A stretch of 32,000 nucleotides of DNA, from positions 1,569,876 through 1,601,875 of the forward strand of contig NZ_JBHSTI010000008.1 in the NCBI RefSeq assembly GCF_042660085.1, in the 5' to 3' direction. The DNA comes from Longivirga aurantiaca. GTDB lineage: Bacteria; Actinomycetota; Actinomycetes; S36-B12; CAIYMF01. How positions within the stretch are numbered: the first letter of the stretch is position 1; the number at the start of each line of letters is the position of its first letter. The notes under the pieces are model-generated. The model did not search any database. It saw only the letters and a list, made by a program, of their open reading frames with translations, and had not been told where the DNA came from. Of this stretch, positions 23,942-32,000 are shown in pieces. The translations under genes and the position numbers were made by a program.

Positions 23942-24487
23942 TCACGGCCGCTCGTGCGCGAGCAGGGCCCAGATCGCGAGGTCGCCCCATTCGCCCCGGA
24001 ACCACGACTCCTCGCGCAGGTGGGCCTCCTGGCGCATGCCCAGGGCGGCGGCGAGCCGGGCCGACCGGTGGTTGCGAGGGTCGAGCTGGGCCCACACGCG
24101 ATGGGCCCCGAGCAGGTCGAAGGCGACGTCGACCAGCGCCGCAGCCGACTCGCGCGCGAAGCCGAGCCCCTGGACGTCCGGGTGGAAGATCCAGCCGATC
24201 TCCGCCTGCGCGTTCTCCAGCGAGCTCCACTTCAGCGTGAGGTCGCCCACGACCCGGCCCTCGTGCTCGACCGCGAGGTGCACGACGTCGCCGTCGGCCT
24301 CGACCCGGGTGCGTCCCGCGCGCTCGGTCACGAGCTCGGCGATGCGCTCGCGCGGCTGCGGGTCGAACATCAGGTAGCGCGTGACGTCGTCGAGGCTGCG
24401 GTAGGCGTGGATGTCGTCGACGTCGCCGGGTGCCCAGGCCCGCAGGAGCAGGCGCTCGGTCACGACGGGCAGGGGGACGGCGGTCAC
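23942..24487 (-). CDS. GNAT family N-acetyltransferase (RimJ/RimL-like)
   Basis: 181 aa. TERLLLRAWAPGDVDDIHAY...IGWIFHPDVQGLGFARESAAALVDVAF...HRVWAQLDPRNHRSARLAAALGMRQEAHLRE is the typical Acetyltransf_3 pattern. Confidence 0.8.
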   Translation of the reverse strand: MTAVPLPVVTERLLLRAWAPGDVDDIHAYRSLDDVTRYLMFDPQPRERIAELVTERAGRTRVEADGDVVHLAVEHEGRVVGDLTLKWSSLENAQAEIGWIFHPDVQGLGFARESAAALVDVAFDLLGAHRVWAQLDPRNHRSARLAAALGMRQEAHLREESWFRGEWGDLAIWALLAHERP

Positions 24488-24523
24488 GTGCTGAGCCTCC
24501 CACCCGCACCCGGCGTCGACCGG

Positions 24524-25519
24524 TCAGACGGGCAGCGCGTCGACCGCGTACGACGCGGAGCCCGTGTCGCCGTCGATCCCGGTGACCACCTCGAGCACGA
24601 GCACGAGGCGCGCGCCGGCGGCGCCGCCCAGCTCGGCCGCGACGTCCGCCGGAAGGTCCGCTGCGTAGACCGTCGGCCCGTAGTCGTCGGTGCAGGCCGT
24701 GGCGGGCGGCACGGTGGCGTCGACGTCGACCACCGCGGTCACGACCGCCGGCTGCCGGCCGGTCGCAAGCGTCGTGCCGACGATGCGCAACGAGGTGGGG
24801 ACGTCGGGGCACGATCCCGAGCCCCAGAGCCCGAGGTAGACCTGGGAGCCGCCGGCGGCGGTCACCACCATGGCCTGGGCGTTGCCCTGACCGGGCTGGG
24901 GGAAATCCGCGGGGAACGAGGCGCCGGCCGGAGGGTCGGCCACGGCCCAGGTCGAGGACGCATCCGGCGCCGGGAGGTCCTCGGAGGCCGTGGCGAACGT
25001 GACCGAGTAGCCGTGCTCGTCGTCGGCGGCGTTCTCGATCTGGTCGATCCAGATGCGCAGCGGCACCCCCCGCCGGTCGTACGTCACCGTGCTCGACGCG
25101 GCGTCGGCACTCCCGGCCACGACCCCGTGCAGGTCCTCGACCGTGCGCGGGAAGCCCTCGAGCAGCGTGGGCGCGACCGCGCCGCCGGAGTTGTCGGTGC
25201 TGGTGGCGGTCTCCTCGACCACCTTCCCGTCCTTGACGACCACGGTGAGGGAGATGCCCGGGCAGAAGCACTGCTGGACGATCGTCAGCTGGTACTCCCC
25301 CGTGCTGGCGGGCGAGGAGGACCAGGCGGCCCGGGCCGCGTCGAGCGTGGTGACGGTCGCCGGGGCGCTGGGCACGGGCGAGGTGGGGCTGCCCGAGCCT
25401 CCTGGCCCCGCCACCTGGGTGCCGCAGCCCGCGAGCACGAGCGCCCCGGCCAGGAGCGCAGGCACGGCGGCGCGACGCAGCCCTGGTCGACGCAGTGCCG
25501 TGAGCGGTGATCGGGTCAT
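24524..25519 (-). CDS. Hypothetical lipoprotein (N-terminal CFC-motif domain, possibly DUF6174-like)
   Basis: 331 aa from ATG 25519 (GGAGGA upstream). Signal peptide with the lipobox LVLAGC. The segment YQLTIVQQCFCPGISLTVVVKDGKVV is reminiscent of DUF6174. The longer 406-aa ORF has an Arg-rich N-terminus. Confidence 0.6.
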   Translation of the reverse strand: MTRSPLTALRRPGLRRAAVPALLAGALVLAGCGTQVAGPGGSGSPTSPVPSAPATVTTLDAARAAWSSSPASTGEYQLTIVQQCFCPGISLTVVVKDGKVVEETATSTDNSGGAVAPTLLEGFPRTVEDLHGVVAGSADAASSTVTYDRRGVPLRIWIDQIENAADDEHGYSVTFATASEDLPAPDASSTWAVADPPAGASFPADFPQPGQGNAQAMVVTAAGGSQVYLGLWGSGSCPDVPTSLRIVGTTLATGRQPAVVTAVVDVDATVPPATACTDDYGPTVYAADLPADVAAELGGAAGARLVLVLEVVTGIDGDTGSASYAVDALPV

Positions 25520-25596
25520 GGCTGGTCCTCCACGTGATCCGCAGGGCACGGGGCCCGTCAGCGCTGTGACGCCGCTCACGGGAGCGCGGTTCCGTC

Positions 25597-28347
25597 TCAG
25601 ACCGAGGAGAACGAGACCACGCCGCGCTTGACCGCGTCCACGGCCTCGCGGGCGGTGCGTGCGAGGTGGTTGCCGTCGGGGGTGTTGTGCGACCCTGCGG
25701 CGTCGGCGATCTGCCCCAGGAGGTCGGCGAGCTGCTTGCACCACCGCACGAAGTCGCCCGCCTGCAGCTCGGTGTCGCGCAGCACCGACTCGAGCCGGTG
25801 CCCGCTCGCCCAGCGGTACGCCGCCCAGGCGAAGCCCAGGTCGGGCTCGCGCAGGAACTGCACGTGCTCCTCCGCCTCGAGCTTGCTCAGCTCGCTCCAG
25901 AGCTTCACCGTCTCGGCGATGACGTCGCGGGCCGCGCCCTCAGGCAGCCTCGGCGGGATGGCGTCGTCCGGCTGGCGCGCCTCGAACACCAGCACCGACG
26001 CGCACGCGGCGAGCTCGGCGGCGGTGAGGCCGTTCCACAGGCCCTGCCGCAGGCACTCGGCGGCCACCAGGTCCATGTCGTTATAGAGGCGCTGGAGCAT
26101 CCGCCCGGCGTCGGTCACCTGGGCCGTGTCGTCGGCCGCAGTGAGGTAGCCGAGCTCGGTGAGGATCGCGCAGACCCGGTCGAACTGCCGCGCGATCGAG
26201 TTGGTGCGGCTCTCAACCCGGCGCTCGAGGCCGCGCGTCTCGCGCAGCAGCCGGTGGTAGCGCTCGGCCCACCGCGCGTGCGCCTCGCGCTCGTCGCACC
26301 CGTGGCACGGGTGCTGCCGGATCTGCCGGCGGAGCTCGAGCACCTGCGAGTCCTCGCCCTGGTCGCCCTTGGGCTTGCGCGGCTTGTCCACCCGGATGTC
26401 GCCGACGAGGTCCTTGAGCTTGGCGGCGAGGTCGCGGCGCGAGTTGGCCGACCGCGGGTTGAAGAGCTTGGGGATGCGCATGCTCTCCAGGGGCTCGACG
26501 GGCGCAGGGAAGTCCAGCACCGAGAGCCGCTTCACCTGCCGGTCGAGGGTGAGCACGGTGGGTCGCGGCTCGTCCTTGTCGGTGAGGCCCGGGTCGAGCA
26601 CGACCGCCACACCGGAGCGTCGCCCGGCCGGCACCATGATCACGTCGCCGGGCTTGAGCCTGGCCAGCGCAGCCCCCGCCGCGGCACGTCGACGCACGGC
26701 GCCGTCGCGCGTCAGCTCCTTCTCGCGGTCGGTGAGCCGGCGGCGCAGCTCGGCGTACTCCGCGAAGTCGCCGAGATGGCACTCCATCGCGTCGTGGTAG
26801 CCGTCGAGCGCCTCCTCCTGCTTGCGCACCTGCTTGGCGAGCCCGACGACCGCGCGGTCGGCCTGGAACTGCGCGAACGACGTCTCGAGCAGCTCGCGCG
26901 CAGCGTGGTGGCCGAAGGATCCGACGAGGTTGACGGCCATGTTGTACGACGGCTTGAACGACGAGCGCAGAGGGTAGGTGCGCGTCGAGGCCAGACCGGC
27001 GAGGGCGCTCGGGTCGAAACCCTGGTGCCACACGACGACGGCGTTGCCCTCGACGTCGATGCCACGACGACCGGCGCGGCCGGTGAGCTGGGTGTACTCC
27101 CCCGGCGTCACGTCGGCGTGCGTCTCGCCGTTCCACTTCACGAGCTTCTCGAGCACCACGCTCTTGGCGGGCATGTTGATGCCGAGGGCGAGGGTCTCGG
27201 TCGCGAAGACCATCTTCACGAGCCCCTTCTGGAAGAGGTCCTCGACCGTCTCCTTGAAGGTGGGCAGCATGCCCGCGTGGTGGGCGGCGAAGCCGCGCTC
27301 GAGCCCGTCGAGCCACTCGAGGTAGCCCAGCACCATGAGGTCTTCCTGCGGGAGGTCGGCGCAGCGGTGCTCGACGATGCCGCGGATCTGCAGGCGCTCG
27401 TCGTTGCTGGTGAGCCGCAGGCCCGCAGCGAGGCACTGCTCGACCGCGGCCGCGCAGCCGACCCGGCTGAAGATGAACGTGATCGCCGGCAGCAGCCGCT
27501 CCCGGTTGAGGCGCTCCACCATCTCGGGCCGGAGCGGCATCAGCGCGCTGCGGTTGCGCTTGCCGCCGCGACCCGGACGACCCGCGGATCCGTCCCGGGC
27601 CATCTTCTGCACCCGCTCGTCCTCGCGGGCCATGCGCACGAGCTCGGGGTTGACCCGCGTCTGGTCGTCGTCGACGAAGAGGTCGTAGAGCCGGTCGCCC
27701 GCCATGACGTGCTGCCAGAGCGGCACGGGCCGGTGCTCCTCCACCACGATCTGCGTCTCGCCGCGGACGGTGGACAGCCACTCTCCGAACTCCTCGGCGT
27801 TGCTCACGGTCGCCGAGAGAGCGACCACCGCCACGTGCTCGGGCAGGTGGATGATCACCTCCTCCCAGACCGCGCCGCGGAAGCGGTCGGCGAGGTAGTG
27901 CACCTCATCCATCACCACGTACGACAGGCCGCCGAGGGTGTGCGAGCCGGCGTAGATCATGTTGCGGAGGACCTCGGTCGTCATGACGACGACAGGTGCC
28001 TCTCCGTTGACCGAGTTGTCCCCGGTGAGCAGCCCGACCTTGGCGGCGCCGTACCGCGCGACGAGGTCGTGGTACTTCTGGTTCGACAGGGCCTTGATCG
28101 GGGCCGTGTAGAAGCACTTGGTGCCCGAGCGCAGGGCCAGGTGGACGGCGAACTCGCCGACGATGGTCTTGCCGGCGCCGGTCGGCGCGGCCACGAGGAC
28201 CCCTGACCCGTCCTCGAGCGCCCGGCAGGCGTCGATCTGGAACTGGTCGAGCTCGAAGTCGTAGAGGCCCCGGAACTCGTGCAGAGCGGACTTCTCGTCC
28301 TCCGCCCGCTGGCGGGAGGCGACGTAGCGCTCGGCGGGCGAGTCCAT
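25597..28347 (-). CDS. helY: ATP-dependent RNA helicase HelY (Ski2-like DExH-box helicase)
   Basis: 916 aa with AAPTGAGKT (motif I), MDEVHY (DEVH), SATVSN, HHAGMLP, TETLALGINMPA and the C-terminal DSHCT-like region. Its position next to tatC matches Rv2092c/Rv2093c. Confidence 0.9.
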   Translation of the reverse strand: MDSPAERYVASRQRAEDEKSALHEFRGLYDFELDQFQIDACRALEDGSGVLVAAPTGAGKTIVGEFAVHLALRSGTKCFYTAPIKALSNQKYHDLVARYGAAKVGLLTGDNSVNGEAPVVVMTTEVLRNMIYAGSHTLGGLSYVVMDEVHYLADRFRGAVWEEVIIHLPEHVAVVALSATVSNAEEFGEWLSTVRGETQIVVEEHRPVPLWQHVMAGDRLYDLFVDDDQTRVNPELVRMAREDERVQKMARDGSAGRPGRGGKRNRSALMPLRPEMVERLNRERLLPAITFIFSRVGCAAAVEQCLAAGLRLTSNDERLQIRGIVEHRCADLPQEDLMVLGYLEWLDGLERGFAAHHAGMLPTFKETVEDLFQKGLVKMVFATETLALGINMPAKSVVLEKLVKWNGETHADVTPGEYTQLTGRAGRRGIDVEGNAVVVWHQGFDPSALAGLASTRTYPLRSSFKPSYNMAVNLVGSFGHHAARELLETSFAQFQADRAVVGLAKQVRKQEEALDGYHDAMECHLGDFAEYAELRRRLTDREKELTRDGAVRRRAAAGAALARLKPGDVIMVPAGRRSGVAVVLDPGLTDKDEPRPTVLTLDRQVKRLSVLDFPAPVEPLESMRIPKLFNPRSANSRRDLAAKLKDLVGDIRVDKPRKPKGDQGEDSQVLELRRQIRQHPCHGCDEREAHARWAERYHRLLRETRGLERRVESRTNSIARQFDRVCAILTELGYLTAADDTAQVTDAGRMLQRLYNDMDLVAAECLRQGLWNGLTAAELAACASVLVFEARQPDDAIPPRLPEGAARDVIAETVKLWSELSKLEAEEHVQFLREPDLGFAWAAYRWASGHRLESVLRDTELQAGDFVRWCKQLADLLGQIADAAGSHNTPDGNHLARTAREAVDAVKRGVVSFSSV

Positions 28348-28398
28348 ACCGCAAACCTATGTCGTGCCGGGCCGGAACGCGGTTCGGCGCTCCGCCCG

Positions 28399-29316
28399 TC
28401 AGCGCACGAGGAGGGCGACCGCCCCCGGCGCGACGCCCACCTCGACCGGCAGCGGACCGATGCGCTCGCCGTCGGCGTACGCCACCTGCCCCGGCGCCTC
28501 GAGCCGCACGGTCACGCCGGTGTGCTCGTGCACCTCGGGCCGGGACACGTGGGTGCCCTTGTAGACCGTCGGGAACACCCGCAGGAACGTGGCCGTGGGG
28601 AGCTCGTCGAGGAAGGTCACCGAGAGCAGGCCGTCGTCCGGGAGCGCGCCGGGGCACACCTTCATCCCGCCGCCGTACTGCGTCCCGTTGCCGACGGCGA
28701 CGAGCATGCCCTTGCCCTCGTACCGGTGCTCGCCGGGCAGGCCCTCGTCGACCACCATGACGTACGGCACGGGCTTGAACGACCGGAGCTCGGCCAGGAT
28801 CGCGCGCAGGTAGCGGGCCTGCCCGGTGGGCCAGGTCATGCGGTTGGCGCGCTCGTTGACCATCGAGTCGAACCCGCTCGAGAGCACCGCGAGGAACCAG
28901 CGGTCCACGCCGTCGGCCGTGATCGCCCGCCCCGCGTCCACCGCCCGGGAGGTGCCCGCCTGCAGGCAGTCGGCCACGAGGTCGGCCGCCGCGACCGGAT
29001 CGGTCGGGACGCCGAAGAGCGTGGCCGAGTCGTTGCCGGTGCCCAAGGGGAGGATGCCCATCGGCACCCCGGTGCCTGCGACCACCTGCAGCACGAGGTG
29101 CACGGTGCCGTCTCCCCCGCACGCCACGACAGCCGCCGTGGGCTCGGCCTCGATGGCCTCGCGGAGGCTGCTCATCGCGTGCTCGGCATCCACGCCCTGG
29201 ATGTGCACCACCTCGAAGCCGCGATCGCGGAGCCTCGCCTCCGCGGCGGGCGCACCCGAGGACGCCCGCCCCTTGCCCGAGGTCGGGTTGACGAGCATCA
29301 GGATGCGTGGGGCCAC
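28399..29316 (-). CDS. Diacylglycerol kinase family lipid kinase
   Basis: ILMLVNPTSGKG..., ACGGDGTVHLVLQ and LPLGTGNDSA are DAGK_cat motifs. The start is uncertain: GTG 29316, ATG 29298, or further upstream. The longest ORF (to 29454) would overlap tatC by 83 nt. Confidence 0.75.
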   Translation of the reverse strand: MAPRILMLVNPTSGKGRASSGAPAAEARLRDRGFEVVHIQGVDAEHAMSSLREAIEAEPTAAVVACGGDGTVHLVLQVVAGTGVPMGILPLGTGNDSATLFGVPTDPVAAADLVADCLQAGTSRAVDAGRAITADGVDRWFLAVLSSGFDSMVNERANRMTWPTGQARYLRAILAELRSFKPVPYVMVVDEGLPGEHRYEGKGMLVAVGNGTQYGGGMKVCPGALPDDGLLSVTFLDELPTATFLRVFPTVYKGTHVSRPEVHEHTGVTVRLEAPGQVAYADGERIGPLPVEVGVAPGAVALLVR

Positions 29317-29371
29317 GGCGCCGGACTCTATCCCGGCCGCGTCCCCGCGCACAGGCTCGCCGGAGGCGGCC

Positions 29372-30295
29372 CTACAGCAGGTCGTCGTCGAGCGGGCTGG
29401 GCCGCAGGTCGGAGGGATCGACGACGGGCTCCTCGAGGGCCGAGACCTCGTCATCGGCCCACTCGCCGAGGCCGAGGCGCTTGTCGCGACGGCGGCGGCG
29501 CAGGTCGTTGAGCGCGGTGATGCCCACGGCGACGATCACGACGCCGAGGAAGGGCGTCGCGACGAGCAGCATGGTGATCGGGTCGGGCGTGGGGGTCGCG
29601 ACGGCGGCGAAGGTGAGGCAGCCGATCAGCAGCCAGCGCCAGTTGCGCACGAGCGTGCCCGAGCGCAGCAGGCCGGCGAAGTTGAGCATCACGAAGATCA
29701 GCGGGATCAGCATCCCGATCCCGAAGAACACCAGGATCTGGATGATGAACGTGAGGTACTCGTTGATGTTGATGATGTTCGCGACGTTCTCGGGCGTGAA
29801 GCCCAGGAACACCTCGAGCAGCTGGGTCATCGACTGGTACGCCACCCAGGCGCCGAAGAGGAAGAGCGGGGTCGCGGCGGCGACGAAGCCGTACGCCCAC
29901 TTCTTCTCGTTGCCCTTCAGGCCTGGCGCGAGGAACCGCCAGAGCTGGTAGAGCCAGATCGGCAGGGACAGCACGAGGCCGGACACCATGACGATCTTGA
30001 GCTGGACGGTGAAGGCCTCGGTGACGCCGTTGATCGCGAGGACCACGGTCTTGCCCTGCGCCTCGGCCGACTGGACGACGAGGTCGAAGGGCGCCCGCAC
30101 GATGTCGAGGATCTGGTCGTAGAAGATCCACGCCACGATCGACCCGGCGATGATGCCGAGGACTGCCCGGAACAGCCGGGCCTGGAACTCGCGCAGGTGC
30201 TCGAAGAGGGTCATCGCCCCCTCGGGGTTGCGCGTGCGGCGACGCCGACGCCCGGTGCCGGAGCCCGCTTCCGGGCTCACCTCACCTGCGACCAC
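29372..30295 (-). CDS. tatC: Twin-arginine translocase subunit TatC
   Basis: 307 aa. NPEGAMTLFEHLREFQARLFRAVLGIIAG..., 6 TM segments. The N-terminal Arg-rich extension resembles that of mycobacterial TatC. Confidence 0.9.
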   Translation of the reverse strand: MVAGEVSPEAGSGTGRRRRRTRNPEGAMTLFEHLREFQARLFRAVLGIIAGSIVAWIFYDQILDIVRAPFDLVVQSAEAQGKTVVLAINGVTEAFTVQLKIVMVSGLVLSLPIWLYQLWRFLAPGLKGNEKKWAYGFVAAATPLFLFGAWVAYQSMTQLLEVFLGFTPENVANIININEYLTFIIQILVFFGIGMLIPLIFVMLNFAGLLRSGTLVRNWRWLLIGCLTFAAVATPTPDPITMLLVATPFLGVVIVAVGITALNDLRRRRRDKRLGLGEWADDEVSALEEPVVDPSDLRPSPLDDDLL

Positions 30296-30323
30296 GACGT
30301 CCTGCTCGGCCGGGCTGCGCGCG

Positions 30324-30668
30324 TCAGGCGCGCGGGGCGCCGTCAGCCGGCGGGGTCACCGGCTGCGCGAGGATCTGCTCGCCCGTGACCGGGTCGACCA
30401 GGTAGCGGGGCGCCTCGGGCTGGGCGGGAGCGGCCGGCACGGCGGGTGCGGCGGGTGCGGGCGGTGCGGCCTGGACGGCCGGCGCTGCCGGGGCGATGTC
30501 GTCGTCGGCACCGGACTTGAAATCGTTCTTGAGGCCGTCGGTCTCGGCCTTGAAGATGCGCAGCGAGCGTCCGACGCCGCGCGCGAGGTCGGGCAGGCGC
30601 TTGGCACCGAACAGCAGCAGGACGATCAGGAGGACGATCCAGAACGCCGGCTTCTCGAAGATCGCCAC
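30324..30668 (-). CDS. tatA: Twin-arginine translocase subunit TatA/E with a long Pro/Ala-rich C-terminal tail
   Basis: 114 aa. [34 protein letters not shown] is the TatA TM segment plus amphipathic helix. GTG start with GAGG 7 nt upstream. Confidence 0.85.
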   Translation of the reverse strand: MAIFEKPAFWIVLLIVLLLFGAKRLPDLARGVGRSLRIFKAETDGLKNDFKSGADDDIAPAAPAVQAAPPAPAAPAVPAAPAQPEAPRYLVDPVTGEQILAQPVTPPADGAPRA

Positions 30669-30811
30669 GACACAGCCTCACTCGTTGCGGGGACGCACCG
30701 GACGACCCGGTGCGGGCGGACCCACGATAACCCGAGCGCCCGCTCCGGGCCGAGCAGGCCTGGGGCGGGCGCAGGGAGTGTCCCGGGAGCTCTCACGCGG
30801 AGAGCGGTGCC

Positions 30812-31156
30812 TCAGGAGGCGGTACGGGCGGTGAGCTCGGCCATGAGGTCGTCGGTGGTCTCGAGCCAGAGCGCCAGGTCGAGCAGGTCGTCGTACCCGA
30901 TCGGGGCGCCGCCGTGGTGCTCGCGGGCCTCGGCCGGCACCGGCACGCGCTCGATCTCGACGCCGGCGGTCGACAGCAGCCGCACGACCTCGGCGTCCGC
31001 GGCCTTCTCGACGTCCTCGTGGCACTGGGGGCAGCCGAACGTGTAGGTGCGGCGGCTCAGGTCGTCCTCGATCGCCTCGACGACGCGGACGTGCACCTGG
31101 CGCGGGGTGAGGTCGACGTCACCGCACATCGGACAGGTCGCCTTGATGGTGGCCAT
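30812..31156 (-). CDS. Hypothetical CxxC...CxxC zinc-ribbon protein (114 aa)
   Basis: MATIKATCPMCGDVDL...YTFGCPQCHEDVEK gives four Cys in two CPxC knuckles. The C-terminus is acidic. GGGAGGAGG precedes the ATG. High GC3. Confidence 0.55.
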   Translation of the reverse strand: MATIKATCPMCGDVDLTPRQVHVRVVEAIEDDLSRRTYTFGCPQCHEDVEKAADAEVVRLLSTAGVEIERVPVPAEAREHHGGAPIGYDDLLDLALWLETTDDLMAELTARTAS

Positions 31157-31276
31157 CGGAGCCTCCTCCCGGTCTCTCAGCCCTCGGGTGTGGCTGACAG
31201 ATCTGGATTCGGCACGCTGACCGGGCAGGCTTGAGCCCGAACGGGGAGATTTCCGCGCGCGGCGGCTACGAACGGG

Positions 31277-32000
31277 TCACGCCCGGTAGGCGGCGAGCGC
31301 CTCCGCGGCCTCCGCGCGCACCCGCTCGACCACGTCCGGGCGGTCCACCACCTGCACGGAGGGCCCCGAACGGAGCAGCAGGCGCACGAGCCAGCGCTCG
31401 TCGGCCACGGGGAGCACGACCTGGAGCCGGCCGTCGGCGAGCTCCTGCACGGAGTCCACGGGGAACTCCTCGGCGATCCAGCGCACGCTGCGGTCGAGCA
31501 CGAGGGTGACCGATCCGCCCTGGGGGCGCAGCACGCCCGCGCCCAGGTCGAGGGGTACGGCGTCCGCGGGCACGTCGGCCGCGTCTCCGAGCACCTCCGC
31601 AGCCACGATCCGGTCGAGCCGGAACGTGCGCATGGCCTCCGCGCGGTGGCACCAGCCCTCGAGGTAGACCCGGCCGTCGAGCGCGACGATGCGCAGCGGG
31701 TCGACGTCGCGCTCGGTGCGGTCGTCGAGGGCCCCGACGTACGTGATGTGCAGGCGGCGGCCGTCCTCGAGCGCGGCCCGGACCGCGGCATCGACCTCGG
31801 GCGCGACCGTGGCGTCGACCTGGACGACGACGCCCTCGGCCGCGGCACTGGCCTCGCCCGCAGCGGCCTCGAGCTTGGCCTGGGCCGAGGCGATGGCGTC
31901 GCGGTCGTGCGGGCCGGGCACCGCGGCCAGGAGGCGCAGCGCCACGAGGAGCGAGGCCGCCTCGTCCGCGGAGAACCGCAGGGGGCGCCCGATGGTCTGC
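31277..32000 (-). CDS. pafC: WYL-domain transcriptional regulator, PafC-like; 5' end lies outside the window
   Basis: The frame is open to the window edge. ...LHITYVGALDDRTERDVDPLRIVALDGRVYLEGWCHRAEAMRTFRLDRIV is a WYL domain followed by a WCX-like C-terminus. Its position upstream of tatA-tatC-helY matches the mycobacterial pafABC-tatAC-helY order. Confidence 0.65.
   Translation of the reverse strand, partial: QTIGRPLRFSADEAASLLVALRLLAAVPGPHDRDAIASAQAKLEAAAGEASAAAEGVVVQVDATVAPEVDAAVRAALEDGRRLHITYVGALDDRTERDVDPLRIVALDGRVYLEGWCHRAEAMRTFRLDRIVAAEVLGDAADVPADAVPLDLGAGVLRPQGGSVTLVLDRSVRWIAEEFPVDSVQELADGRLQVVLPVADERWLVRLLLRSGPSVQVVDRPDVVERVRAEAAEALAAYRA

Noticed and set aside
30441-30470. Short tandem 9-nt repeats (ggcgggtgc units).
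   Set aside because: They lie inside tatA and encode its Pro/Ala-rich tail (PAAPAAPA...). This is not a CRISPR array or an intergenic repeat.
31192-31208. TGTCAG on the minus strand upstream of the zinc-ribbon gene, reminiscent of the PafBC-dependent RecA-NDp motif (TGTCRGTG-N8-TANNNT).
   Set aside because: The second half of the motif is missing, with no TANNNT at the required spacing, and the first half matches only 6 of 8 positions.
1-32000. Searched by eye for tRNA/rRNA genes, CRISPR repeat-spacer arrays, IS elements, integrases and known defence-system genes.
   Set aside because: None were seen. HelY, though a large helicase, sits in its conserved housekeeping context. The DUF559/AbiEi-like protein is the only defence- or mobility-flavoured gene and is reported above.

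Overview
Very GC-rich actinobacterial chromosome segment; nearly every real gene has Arg/Ala/Pro-rich shadow ORFs on the other frames. The two ends carry conserved core genes in the order known from Mycobacterium tuberculosis. The left block is rbpA, fxsA, ppm1 and lnt. The right block is a pepE-like M24 peptidase, a 5'-3' exonuclease, helY, tatC, tatA and pafC. An accessory stretch (about 9.3-20.7 kb) lies between them. Its centre is a tightly coupled minus-strand operon, kdd - YtcJ-type amidohydrolase - kamD - kamE - kal-like hotdog protein - two small membrane proteins, with a divergent radical-SAM lysine 2,3-aminomutase (kamA). This is the lysine to beta-lysine to 3,5-diaminohexanoate route, but the canonical Kce cleavage enzyme and the CoA-transferase are absent from the window. 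An amidohydrolase that is not part of the described pathway is translationally locked into the operon instead. This is the best candidate for undescribed biology here. The second notable signal is a pair of about 54-nt hairpin repeats in direct orientation, with one compensatory base-pair change. They bracket a DUF559/AbiEi-like endonuclease gene wedged between kamA and an Lrp/AsnC regulator. Other observations: a decayed zone at 2.5-3.3 kb (stop-less RDD-like fragment, AT-rich promoter island, VOC-like gene that needs a 1-nt correction); a perfect 10+10 bp palindrome abutting an MFS efflux gene; an ECF (SigH/SigE/SigR-type) promoter candidate upstream of rbpA; a perfect 33-nt palindromic terminator; and an orphan zinc-ribbon gene inside the paf-tat block. 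I found no rRNA, tRNA, CRISPR array, transposase or integrase. All homology calls come from reading the translations and motif recall, not from database searches.
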